Position numbers and translations under genes: made by a program. DNA of 63,156 bases, filler included, from Chiloscyllium plagiosum (taxonomy: Eukaryota), in NCBI RefSeq assembly GCF_004010195.1. It is 5 parts of 5 records of this genome, joined end to end, with 100 filler letters (N's around TTAATTAATTAA, not from the genome) between each part and the next. Parts side by side here need not be neighbours in the genome. Positions count along the whole stretch, not along the records: positions 33,655 to 40,743 come from NW_025201432.1; positions 40,844 to 58,267 come from NW_025209759.1; 3 more parts are not named here. The stretch is one strand, 5' to 3'. Positions 38,322 through 50,698 of the stretch are shown one piece after another. The first letter of the stretch is position 1; every line of letters begins with the position of its first letter. The notes beneath the pieces are model-generated. The model made no database searches and was not told the DNA's origin. It was given only the letters and a program-made list of their open reading frames with translations.

Positions 38322-38779
38322 CTGCAAAATATTTGAGACAAAGATAAATCAACTATAAAAATCCAGAATCAATATCACGATTTCACTAAATATTAAAATA
38401 TGCCGTTTTTAATTTGGGATTTATTCACGTTCAATATCTAAGAGGAGCAAAGTGGTAGACACTATGTTCAATAAAAGATGTAAAAAGTTTAATTTGAAAC
38501 TCGCATCCATGTTTCCAGCCCACAACGAGTACATTCTGTCCATGTGTCATTGCTGATGGTGACGTCACAACCCAGATTCCTTCCCACCTTATCTGATTTA
38601 ATCGGAATAGAATAGCCTTTGGTCTGTCTCTTTCTTAATCAGATACTTAGATTTTCTGCCATCAAATGCATTATTTATGCTCCCAGCAGTGTTTGCTCAT
38701 TACCAATCAAAGCTTGCCATTGATGTACCTGGATCTCAATTACACTTGGGATTCTTTGTGCTTTAATATCACCGCTCAC

Positions 38780-39085
38780 CTTTCTTCTTGTGGATGGAGT
38801 CTCTCAGCGGAGTCGGTAGATTCTGATGGTACACCACACATTAAAAAGTAACGCCACTCAGCCAGGCATCAGTCGAAATATCTAATTTGCTGATCACACT
38901 GTCGGGATTCTGTCCAGACAGGTCAGCAATCTCTGATTTCAGAGGCTTCTTTTCCTTTATCCAGGTGACGTTGACTCCAGAAGGAAGATTGGACACAACA
39001 CAGCTTAACGTCACCGTCGCCTCCAGCAAGACCTGTTCTACTGGTGGCGGGAGGATTTTAACCGTGTAATCGTGGTGCACAGTAT
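38780..39085 (-). pseudogene. IGHM: IgM CH3 exon with premature stop
   Basis: [25 protein letters not shown]...WLSGVTF-TAA(38843-38841)-CVVYHQNLPTPLRDSIHKKK, donor G|GTGAGC; 306 nt; 5' acceptor weak and approximate. Confidence 0.92.
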
Positions 39086-40743
39086 CTCCGATGAAACAGC
39101 AATCAAAATCAATGTAAAATGCCTCTTTAGGATCAGTATACCCACTCTTCAGGTTATTTCCTCACAGGGTGAAGAAACCAACTTCGAAATGGCAACTTCT
39201 AACTCTTGCTGAAACGATACTTACTATTGTTCATATATTTTGATCTGTGAAATAATTCGTGATTACCTATAACGTAGCCTGTGTAATTATTCCTAAAAAA
39301 CACTGTTTTTGTAAAAAGTGAAACCTGTGAAAAAAGTAAAATCATCGATGATGCTATAATGTAATTCACTGAGTTATATTTCTTTCAGAGTTGGTCTCTT
39401 ACTTAAGACCATCTATTGATACTTGGGGCAAGAGTAATCTGTACATAATGAGTTCATTTCTATGACCATGAACGTTACGTTGCTGGTCACACTAAGTGCC
39501 AAATCAGATACCGAATTTCGGAAAATTGTAATTAGTCATAATTATTCTCTTAGTCTTCATGCATTTGCAGAGGATTTAAAGTGTTACAGGAGCGGTGAAT
39601 GGCCATGGAAATTCTATTCATTATATTTAATGTGATCGAAAATACTTGGCATTATTGGTGTGAGAGCATTCTCTAATTTATGTCATTATTCCTTGTGGGC
39701 TGAATTTGGAGTTGACCTGAAAACAAGGCACCGAGTACAGCATTAGACATCGTGACGAACACCCATCCCCTCAAGTCTTTCCTTCCATTCAAAGAGTTCA
39801 TGACTGGCCTGTAGATTCACTTTATTTACCAGGCTGCATTTTTTACTTTCTTCATTGAAAAAAAAAGCAGAAACATCTTGAATTAATCTACAAACTCGAT
39901 GGAAATTTGCACTGTTTTATTCAGATGTCTACCAATCACTATGTAAACATCTCCATCCCAAATCAGGCTGAATTAGCCTGGCATTCATTCCTAGTTCATT
40001 CATCCCTATTGTCGCATTCCCACCAGAATTTATTCACCTGCCTCATTCGCTAATTGCAGGGAACGTCTGAAAAAAGCTCAGTGATATTACGTTTATCCTA
40101 GTTAATCAAATGTGAAACCCACTTGGTCTGTGGTCACATCCCATAAATGAAGTGGAAGAGCTCAATACCAGATATAAAAAAAAGTCTGTGTCGTACAATG
40201 CCCAAGGCCAACAGGTCATTCCTGAGCAGGGAATGAAGTATTGAACGTATTTTCATTTATTTCCAAGTAAGGGTTACTGCATATTTTTACCATGTCATTT
40301 TGAGATCACAAAACTATAAGATAGAGGATCAGAATGAGGCTATTCGCTCAATCAAATCTTCTCCGCCATTCGATTATGGCTGATATGTTTCTCAACCCCA
40401 TTCTCCCGCCTTCTCCCTGAACTAAGCAAGAGCCGATCCATCTCTGTCTTGAATACAGACAATTGCCTGGGCTCCACAACCCTCTGCAGCAATGCACTCC
40501 ATAGATTCATCACCCTCTGGAAGAAGAAATTCCTCCCCATCTTAGTTCCAGATGGTGCTCCCTTTGACTCTGAGACTGTACCCGTGGGTCCTATTATCGC
40601 CTACTGGTCAAAACATCTATTCCTCGTTTACTCAAACTCGGTCTGTCAGTATTTTCTAGATTTCGATCAGATACCTATCAGACACCCCTGACCCCAAATT
40701 ATCCTTGCGCCCGCTACCAGGCAAGGACTCGGCACTCTGAATG

Positions 40744-40843
40744 NNNNNNNNNNNNNNNNNNNNNNNNNNNNNNNNNNNNNNNNNNNNTTAATTAATTAAN
40801 NNNNNNNNNNNNNNNNNNNNNNNNNNNNNNNNNNNNNNNNNNN
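40744..40843. other. Artificial scaffold linker
   Basis: 44N-TTAATTAATTAA-44N. Confidence 0.97.
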
Positions 40844-41099
40844 CTTCATTGACTTGGACATTAATTGTACTTTTCAAGTTCCACAGTTTAATGAAGAGTG
40901 CGGAAGATTATAGCTTTGGGTTATTTTCTAATATCATTGTTGCTGTCTAGAAGGCTGTGAAGGACACAGAGTGGAAGAAGTACTTTCCAAAAGAACAGAC
41001 TGCTCCTGTCTTCAAAGGGTTGCCATCCCTTGAGTGGATATGAGACAGAACCACATGCATGCTTCAGGGCTAGAATGGAAAGCAGGAACTTAAATTTGT

Positions 41100-42025
41100 A
41101 TCATAGAATCCCTATAGTGTGAAAGTAGGCCATTCAGCCCATCGAGTCCATACTGCCCCTCCGAAGGGCATTCCACCCAGCCACCTAATTTATCCCTGTA
41201 TTTTCCAATGGCAAATCCACCTAGCCTGCACATCCCTGGACACTATGGGCAATTTAGCATGGCCAATTTATCCAGCCTGCAGATCTTTGGACTGTGGGAG
41301 GAAACCAGTCCACCTGACAGAAACCCACACAGACTCAGTGAGAATGTGCAGACTCCACACAGACCTGCCTGAGGTGGGTCCCTGGCACTGTGAGGCAGAA
41401 GTGCAAACCACTGAGCCATCATACCACCCCAAAAGTGTAGCATCTTTTGTCACCTGAGGATGTTCCAAAGCATTTTACGACCAGAGCTGAGGGCTTGAAA
41501 CACGAATAAGGTTACATTTGTGCCACACAACTGCCAGGCAATGACTGTCTCCAACAAAAGAGAATGTAACAATCTCCCCTTGATGTTCAGTGGCTGTGTG
41601 ATGTGTGCACACATTGCCTTTAAGAAAGTCCACCCCTGTGTATGTACAGTGTTGCACTCTACCTACCAGTTAGTCATCTGTGAGCCTGCAAGCTGCACAC
41701 ACCGAGATCAATTCACAGAATCCCTACAGTGTGGAAACAAGTCCAGACCGGATCTTCCAAGTGCATCCCACTCCCTCACCCCATGACTTTACATTTTCCC
41801 TGACTACTGCACATCCCACACATCCCTGAACACCATGGGTAATTTAGCTTGGCCAATTCTCCCAACCTGCACATTTTTGCACCATAGTAGGAAACCAGAG
41901 CACCCGGAGGAAACCCACACTGTCACAGGGAGAATGTGCAAACTCCACACAGACAATCGCCTGAGGCTGAACCCAGGTCCCTGGTGCTGTGAGACAGCAG
42001 TGCTAACCACTGAGCCAACATGCTG
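41100..42025 (-). mobile_element. Two HE1-type SINEs (41100-41430, 41715-42025)
   Basis: Reverse-complement head, core and tail. Confidence 0.82.
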
Positions 42026-42629
42026 AACATTATTGCTTGCTGTAATGCCTTCTTCATGACTTGTAACATGTTTTATTGTTTTAAATAAATCAACTCACAG
42101 AGTTAATGGATTGATTATGGGACCATTATCTTTAACATGTCCTGGTGAAAAGCAGGAGAAAACACTGCGCAGATGAAGCATATTGTACAAGCAGCGTAAT
42201 CTGCAGGTGGAAAATATAAACTACATTCTCTGATCGTGTGAAACATTTTTCCTCATCTCTGTCCTATAGAGCTTTTCCATTAAACTTAAACTATGAGCCC
42301 TGGTTCTGGACTTCCCCACCATTGGGAACATCCTTCCTCCATCTAATTTGTCTCGTCCTGTTCCAATTTTACAGCTTTCTCCAAGATTCCCTTCCTTCAT
42401 TCTTCTAAACTCCAGTGAACACAATCCTCACCAGCTCAACCTCTCCTTATACGTCAGGCCTGCCATTACAGAAATCAACTGGCATTCAGTAATTAATATT
42501 AATCAGCCCATTGTGGAAGACAGACTTTGAAGGTCAGGGTTATAAGACAATCTTTGCCTGTTCTAAAATTCAGGTTTCTGTTGCAGTAATCACAATGGAA
42601 TCATTGGATACAATCTTACAACAGCAGAA

Positions 42630-42750
42630 AGATGGGCGGTGTGGATGGAGGATGCAGACAGTGGTGTAGACAGTGGGTGAAGATGGTGGTTGCAGACTGA
42701 GTCTGCAGACGGTGGGTGTAGATGGTGGTGTAGACGGTAGTGTAGACATG
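42630..42750. repeat. Degenerate ~12-bp tandem repeat (gtagacggtggt)
   Basis: Directly visible. Confidence 0.7.
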
Positions 42751-43384
42751 AGCAAGACTTTGTGTGGTGACCAGAAGAGTGGCTGTGTGGAATCACAAAG
42801 AGAGCAGCCAGTGAGCCCGACACAGTCAGGGACACGCCCTGGTGCTGAAGGTCATGCTGCTGCTGGCAAAGGTCACATTTCATCTGGAACTGCACTTCCT
42901 CCCTCCACACTCCCCTCTTGTCCCCACATGCCTCACTACAACCTCTGGAGATGCCAGCCAGCACCTTGTGCCCTCGCTCAGTCTCTATTGACCTTGTCTC
43001 CATTAGCCTTGACCCTCCTTCCAAGCATCTACTTGGGCCTTCACTGAAACTTGAGCCATTTCCTCTGAGTTTAGATCATGTATTTGCCATCTTGTGACTG
43101 CCTCACCTAGTCACCATTAACCTGCACTGCCCTCTTAGCATGGAGCATAGATTAATTCAGCGCAGAAAAGTCCCTTTGGCCCATTGAGCCTGCACAGACA
43201 TAACTACCGCTAAAGGCACTCTAATCCCAATTTCCTGCACTTACCCCAAATCCTTGAATGTTATGATATTTAAAGGTTGTAAGGTTTCCAGCATCCACTA
43301 CCTTCCCTGACAGAGGGTTGTGTGTTTATAGCTTATATCACATCAGGCTCACGGAACTTAACAAAAGCTCAACTCTTTTGTATA

Positions 43385-43700
43385 GGTGGCGTGGTGGCTC
43401 AGTGGTTAGCACTGCTGTCTCACAGCATCAGGCACCAGGTTCAATTCCAGCCCCAGGTGACTGTTGTGTGGAGTTTGCACATTCTCTCTGTGTTGGTGTG
43501 GGTTTCCTCCCCAGTTTCCTCCCACAATCCAAAGATGTGCAGGTTAGGCTGAATTGACCATGTTACAATTGCCATAGTGTTCAGGAATGTGTCGGTTAGG
43601 TGCCTTGGTTTGGCGAATGGGTTGAGGTGAGTCTCTCTTCGGAGGGTTGTTGTGGACTTGTTGGGCCAAATGGCCTGTTTCCACACTGTTGGGATTCTGT
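43385..43700 (+). mobile_element. HE1-type SINE
   Basis: ggtggctcagtggttagcactgctg...ggttcaattcc. Confidence 0.85.
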
Positions 43701-44552
43701 GACAGTCCATTCCAGATTCCCACCACGCGCTGAATGAAAACATTATTTCCCAAATCTCATTTGTGATGTTTGTAGTGAAATCCTCCAAACCATTCATTTT
43801 GTCTCGTGTTGTTTACCTCTTGAGCTGCTTGTTCAATAAATGTTTTATTCCTTTTGATAAAATATAAATTCCCGGACAGCGACTGTTAACCTTGTTCAAT
43901 CAGGGAGCCCTGGCTGACAGATTAAAAAGGGGAGTGTCAGAAGTACTGATACTCTGGTACCTGACTCTGAATAACAACCTGCCAACCAACCCCCTCCTTC
44001 TGTCACCCTCACTCTTGATGCCCCTTCGATCCAGCTTGTGCTGCCTTTGGGAGAGGTTGGCCTTTCGTCCATCACCGAGGAACGTGGTCATCATCCCAGA
44101 GAAACATAGTCTCACTCATTACAGACAGAGACGACTGACGGTGTGATTAACCTGAGGGTCACTACAGCTGAGGCAGGGGGAGAGAAGGTGGCACCTTCTT
44201 GGTGGTAGCACCCTTCATTAATCCACTTCAACCCTCTTGGAATTCAAGAATTCAACCTCTCTTGTTCAGACAACTCCCCTCCCTGTAATGTAATATTGCT
44301 CCATCTAGTTTAGGGCTGATTGACCATTGAAATACGACTATGGCTAGTCAGCATTGGCTGGGCAGGCAGCCACTACTGCAATGACCCCAGCTCCAGAATA
44401 TCCCCTTGTAATCGGGCAACACATTAGGGAATACAGTGTGCACTGCCTCTGAAATCCCTCCCTTACTGAGAATACACTCTCAGCATTCACCTTTCTCAGC
44501 TACCATCTCAATTTACTATAAATTCTGTGTCCAACAATTCAGCCCCACTAGC

Positions 44553-44587
44553 TACCTGATGAAGGAGCAGCGCTCCGAAAGCTTGTA
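44553..44587 (+). ncRNA. Minimal type I hammerhead ribozyme motif (same family as 24889)
   Basis: uac-CUGAUGA-a-GGAGC agc GCUCC-GAAA-gc-UU-gua. Confidence 0.68.
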
Positions 44588-44747
44588 CTTCCAAAGAAGC
44601 CTGTTTGACTCTAACCTGGTGTTGTGTGAAGTTTAATAAAGACTGAATTGTTTTCCATCCGAGATTTGGGAAGATTAAAGACTCATCTTCAATCCCCATC
44701 ACAAAGCCCATTCTCTGTCCATCACTCAGAGACAAATGCCTTAGCAA

Positions 44748-45000
44748 CACCTACAGGCAGCACAGAGTGACACACTCACACTCAGTCCGATACCTACAGG
44801 CAGTACAGAATAGCACGCACACACTCAGAACCACTTACATGCAACACTGAGTAACATACACACTCAGAGAGACAGGCAGCACTGAGTAACATGCTCACAC
44901 TCCATGCTGCCTGGAGGTGTCTCTCTGAATAACACCCCACACTCAGAGTGACATCTACAGGCAGCATTATGTAGTACACTCGCACTCAGAGAGACACAGC
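44748..45000. repeat. Degenerate ~43-bp minisatellite, about 5 copies
   Basis: ctacaggcagcac.gagt.aca..c.cacactcag recurs. Confidence 0.7.
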
Positions 45001-45367
45001 ATGCAGTGTCAGCGATTGGCCTAAGATCATTTCAGGTACTATCCAGCATGCAGCAGAGAGTGGACAGTGCAATCCCAGCAACTGGGACTGGACCAGCAGA
45101 GTGAAGGGGAATGCCTTAGATTGTAACCATTGAGTCCCATTAGATTTCAGTTTCTGTTCTGTTTGGAATCTTGTAACCTCCACAGATTCCAGATCGAAGA
45201 GATCATTTGAAAGTGATTAGCTGGCAGTCTATACAATAACAGATGTCTTATTGATTGACAGGCCAAGCAGCCAATTGAGACAACATCATGCTGAAATGCA
45301 GCCAATCAGCTGAATGGAGTGGTCCATTTCCAAAGCACACAGAGACAGAGACTGAATCTTCTTCATC

Positions 45368-45373
45368 TTTATT
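45368..45373 (-). terminator. Candidate polyadenylation signal of C-kappa
   Basis: First AATAAA I found downstream of the stop, about 530 nt away. Confidence 0.5.
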
Positions 45374-45900
45374 CCCTTTTCCAGTCTGACATTGACAGAA
45401 AACAGACTGCAATTAACAGCCCAGACAGAGGAAGCTGCTCAAATTCACAGCCACAATGGAGCTTGAGGAAAACACTTGTGGAGATTTTCTCAATAACATG
45501 AGAATCTTGTCCCCTTTAAACAGTGATAAAAACTTTAAATTGGAGTTGGTGGCTGAGCAGGAAGGAGATCTGGTTGACTGAAGCAGAAACTTCTGAGATT
45601 CACATTGTGTTATACAGCTGACAATCTTCAGCAACTTGTAGAGATTTTACTTGGCATCACAAATCACCCCTGTTCCCATCAAACACTCACAGGACAAGGA
45701 CAGCATGAGATTTGACACATTGTAAAGCTCTCTCTACACTGTCCCAATGACCTGCCTGAACTCCTGAACCTCAGAAATGCCTCTGAGGAGTTCTGAGAAG
45801 GAAAAGAATTGAAATTTAATGCTCACAATGATCTTTGTCCTGCCAGCTCAGCCCTATCCTATTTAACGTTGTGTCTCCTCTGTGGACTGTCTCAAACACT

Positions 45901-46231
45901 CTACACATATTCTGATCTCCCGATGCTCTTGTTGAGGGGTGAGAGGAGGGTCACATGGGTGAGGGCACAGGAGAAACGAGCGTTGGACTCCCAGTCAGAC
46001 CCAGAGAGAGTCAGCAGACTGCTGACACTGTAGGTGCTGTCCGAAGCTCGCAGATAGTTGCTGGTCTGAACACCGTCCGAAATGACTGCACCATCATTCT
46101 TCCACTGCACCTCCAGCTCATCGGGATAGAAGTGATTGGCAAAGCACACCAGGGTGGCAGTGCCCTTGGCATTGACCTGCACCGGGGAGGGGGGGGCAGC
46201 AGGGTGAGCTTGGGCTGAGAGTTGTCACGGC
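45901..46231 (-). pseudogene. IGKC: Ig kappa constant exon with frameshift and lost interchain Cys
   Basis: CTTTCAG|GC CGT GAC (phase matches J-kappa); RDNSQPKLTLLPP then a C8 run (46196-46189) shifts the frame by 2 before SPVQVNAKGTATLVCFANHFYPDELEVQWKNDG...FSCALTH; ends RSEYV* where C is expected. Confidence 0.88.
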
Positions 46232-47549
46232 CTGAAAGACAAGAGAAACAATTTTAATCCCTGCCAGTTTCAACTTTCAGAATATTCACTGGGAAAATGT
46301 TTGAACATTTGTAGCCAATACCTAACAAACCCGACGAAAGTACAGGCATTGTTTAAATTGCTTCTTGGGATGTGGGTGTCACTGGCAGGGCCAGCATTTA
46401 TTGCCCATCCCTAATTGCCCCTGAGAAGGTGATGGTGAAAGAGAAGGGACAGTTTTGGACCATAATTTAGGAAATGAATGTGGGCAGCTGGAAGGGTGAT
46501 CAATGGGAGAGCATTTCAGTGACAGTGATCAGAACTCAGTGAGATTGAGAGGAGGGATGGAAATGGAGAACAATGGAGCAAGTGTAAAGGTTTTCATTTG
46601 GGAGTGAAATATTTTACTAAACTGTGCGGTGCTTTGATAAAAGTGGACTGGAACCAGCGACATGATGGGAAATCAGTGTCGGGGCAGTAGGATCCCTCAA
46701 AGGTGGAGAAAGAGATCGTTCAGAATCTGTTCCCACAATGAGTAAGGGTGGGGACTCCCAAATCTAGACTCTCAGTCTGGGATGTCAAAAGGCAGCCCGA
46801 GTAGGGCAGACCAAACAGGGAAGGTGATGTTGGTTATCTGGAGTTCACATCTGCAGAAAGCTGAGAGGAGGATAGAAAATGCAGGAGTGACATTGAACAG
46901 GACCTGAGGAAAGCAAAGAGCTGACAGGATGAAATCGAATAATAGAATTTACAGTACAGAAGGAGGCTATTCAACCCATCATGTCTGTGCTGGCTCTAGA
47001 AAGAGCTATCCAGCTACTCCCACTCTCCAGTCCGATCTCTGTTGCTCTCTAACTTCATTCATTTGCAATATGCACGTTGAAACCTCCAACAGAATCCACC
47101 TCCACCATCCTGTCAGGCAGCATGTTCCAAATCCTAACAACTCCCTCATCTCACTCCAAGCCGACTTGTTGACCATCTTGAAATTGTTGCCTCTAGTTAC
47201 AGACGTACCAACTCATGGAAACAAAATATCCTCCTTAACCCTGTCAAACATTGTTCAAAACAGTGAACAACTCTATAAGATCACCTCTTAATCTTCTCTG
47301 CTCAGAGGGGAATAAGCCCAATCTCTCAAAACTTTCCTTGTATCTAAAATCACTCATTCCTGGTATCATTTCGATAAAACTCCTTTGATCTTTCTCCAGG
47401 GTTTTAATATGGCTGTTTAAATAAGGTGTTCATAACTGAACACAATCTTCCAAATCTGGTCTGATCAGTGATCTGTAGAGGTGTAACATTGCTTCCTTGC
47501 TTTTACTCTGTGCTATATTTTAAAACCCAAGGATTCTGTAAGTTTATCA

Positions 47550-49310
47550 CTAAAAATACAATAAGGGGTTAGAAGATGAAATATGAAGGTTTGCCAGCCA
47601 GTAATATAAAAGAAGATTGCAAGACTTTTCTTTTTGTCGAAATATAATAGCTAAGAGGAAGGCAAGACTGGATGTTGGACTGCTGGAAAATGAGGCTGGA
47701 GAAGTACTAATGGGGAACAAGGAAATGGCAGAGGATCTGAATAGTGACTTTACATTAGTCTTCACAGTAGAAGACACCAGTAGTATACCAGACACCAGTA
47801 GTATACTAGAACTTAAAGAGATTCAGGGGCAGAGATGAGAGTAATGGTGATCACTGAGGAGAAGTTGCTGGAGAAGCTGAAAGTTCTGAGATGGATAAAT
47901 CAGCCGGACTGGATAGACTACACCCCAGAGTTTGAAGGAGATAGCTGAGCAGATTGTGGAAGCATTGGTGGTGATCTTTCAGGAATCACTGAAGTCAGGG
48001 AGAGTTCAAGAGGACTGTAAAATGGCTAATGTAACGCCCCTGTTTCAGAAAGGAGGGAGGCAGAAGATGGGAACTTACAGGCTGGTTAGTCTGACCTCAG
48101 TCTTTAGTCAGATTGTAGACTTCAGTTTAAGGACGAGATTGCAGGGGAGTTGGAAGTGCATGGTCAAGTCGGGCTGTGCCAGCATGGCTTCATCAAGGGG
48201 TGGCCTGACAAATCTGTTCGAATTCTTGGAGGAAGGAATGAAGAAGTTAGATAAAGGAGAGCCAGTGGACGTGATCTATTTGGATTTACAGACAGCCTTT
48301 GACAATGTGCCATGCAGGAGGCTACTAAAGAAGGGAAAAGCCCGTGGTGTTCGGGACAAGGTCCTGGCATGGATAGAAGGTTGGCCACCTGGCAGAAGGC
48401 AGAGAGTGGAATAAAAGGATCTTTTTCAGGATGGTAACCGGTGACTAGTGTGGTTCTGCAAAGGTCCGTGCTGGGACTACAGCTATTCACCAAAAATGAA
48501 TGATTCATTAATGATCTGGATGAAGGATCTGAGGACATTGTTGCTCAAGGTAACCCAAAGATAAGTGGAGGGACAGGTCGTGTTGAGGAAGTGGAGAAGC
48601 TGAAGAAGGAGTTGATCAGGCTCAGAGAGTGGACAAAGAAGTGGCAGATAGAATACAGTGTGGGAAAGTGTGAGCTTATGCACTTTCGTAAGAAGGATAA
48701 AGACATAGACTGTTTTTTAAATGAGGAAAGGATTCACAAATCTGAATCACAAAGGTACTGAGGAGTCATAATCAGGTTTTTCTTAACGTTACCATGTAGA
48801 TTCAGTTAGCAGTTAGGAGCACAAATGCAATGTCAGCATTCATTTCCAGAAGGCTAGAACATGCGGCACGGTGGCTCAGTGGTTAGCACTGCTGCCTCAA
48901 AGCGCCGGGGACCCGGGTTCGATTCCTGTCTCGGGCAACTGTCTGTGTGGAGTTTGCACATTCTCCTCGTGTCTGCGTGGGTTTCCTCCGGGTGCTCCGG
49001 TTTCCTCCCACAGTCCAAAGANNNNNNNNNNNNNNNNNNNNNNNNNNNNNNNNNNNNNNNNNNNNNNGGATGAAGGGAATCTCATTAAAACTTACAGAAT
49101 ACTGAGAGACCCATCTCGAGTGGATGTGGAGAAGATGTTTCCAACAGGGGAAGAGACCAGGACCCGACAGCACAGCCTCAGAGTGAAGGGAAGACCCTTT
49201 TGAACTGAGATAAGGAGGAATTCCATCCACCATCGGGTTGTGAATCTGTGGAACTCACTGCAGAAAGCTAGGGAGGCCATGTCATTGAGTGTACTTCAAA
49301 CAGAGGTAGC
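47550..49310 (+). mobile_element. CR1 LINE ORF2 fragment interrupted by a SINE (48864-49021) and a gap
   Basis: ANVTPLFQKGGRQKMGTYRLVSLTS, VDVIYLDLQTAFD. Confidence 0.88.
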
Positions 49311-50260
49311 TAGGATCTGGACGCTTCCCACCATGAGTGGAGGAAGTGTGGTCAGTGACAGCAGTTGGAGATCCAGGTTTCGGAGCTTGAGCAGCAGTTG
49401 GTGTCAGTGCAGAGCGTCCATGAGGCTGAGAGCTCCGTGGAGAAATGTTTCTAGATGTGGTCACTCTGCAGCTTCAGAGTATGCAGGGAGAGAGGGAATG
49501 GGGAAGCAGCAGACAGTCCAAAAGGACCAGGCAGCGAGTACAGGAATCCCCTGAGCGCATCCCACTCTCCAACCAGGATTCAGTTTGAAATCCTGATGAG
49601 AATGATGGTACATCTGGGCAGTGCAGCCAGAGTCAAGTCCACGGCACCACGGGGATTTCAGCTGTTCAGGGGGACACAAGGAAGACTGGAAGAGCGATAG
49701 TGAGAGGAGATTTCGAGAGCGAGGGCAATCGATAGGTGTTTCTGCAGCTGCAGATGGGAATCCAGGATGGTGTATTGTCTCCCTGGTGCCAGGGTCAAGG
49801 ATGTCACTGAGCAGCTGCAGAGCACCCTGAGGGGAGAGGGGGAACAGGCAGCAGTCATGGTCCACATCGGTCCCAGTGACAGAGGGAGAAAAGGGATGGT
49901 CCTGCTGTCAGAATTTAAGGACCTCAGGAGGGAATTAGCAGCAAGAACTATAATGTAGGAATCTCCGGATTACTCCCAGTGCCCCACACAAGTGAGAAGA
50001 GGAACGGGAGGGTAACGCAGGTGAATGTGGGGCTTGAAAGAGGATCCAGAAGGGAGGGCTTCAGATTCTTGGGACATTGGGACTGGGTCTGGGGGAGATG
50101 GGACCTGGACAGACCAGATAGTGTTGCTCCTGAACAGAGCTGGCATTGAGCTCCTTTGGAATGATTTACTAGCGCTGTTGGAGAGAATTTAAACTAACTT
50201 GGCAGGACTGTGGGAGCCAGGGGGAATATCAGAGAGGAACACCAAGATCCACAGAATTTT
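49310..50260 (+). mobile_element. CR1 LINE ORF1 (esterase-type) fragment, same family as 19740-20700
   Basis: MVYCLPGARVKDVTEQLQSTLRGEGEQAAVMVHIGPSD. Confidence 0.85.
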
Positions 50261-50698
50261 CAATGCAGTCAATAAGTCACCACCCAGTGGGAAGGATGTG
50301 GAGGAATACAAATGCAAGAGACCTGAGAGTGTGATAGAGTCGTTATAATGTGGGGGAAAAGGGGGATTTAATTTCTGAATATAGATTGGGGTAGTAGCAG
50401 TGTAACGGGCAGAGAGAGGCCAGAGTTGTGAGAGTGTGTTCAGGTGAAGTTTCAGGTGGCATCGTGGACAGTGAAGAAGGTTGTGTAAGAGTACAATGGA
50501 ATCTTGACCAACTGGGCCAGTGGGCTGAGGAATGGCAGATGGAGTTTAATTCAGATAAATGTGAGTTCTGTATTTTGGTAAGACACAGGAGATGGGTGAG
50601 ATCCCAAACAAATATTTCAGTTCAGTATTTATTGTGGCGAAGGACATGAAAGCGAGGGAATATCGAAAAATAGTGATGTCTTGAAAAGAGTCCACATA

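Noticed and set aside
37945-39080. Possible IgNAR or IgW constant exons
   Set aside because: Motifs ([37 protein letters not shown]) are those of shark C-mu3, C-mu4 and the IgM tailpiece
48864-48950. tRNA-like A/B boxes
   Set aside because: Head of HE1-type SINEs, continuing into the SINE core; not tRNA genes
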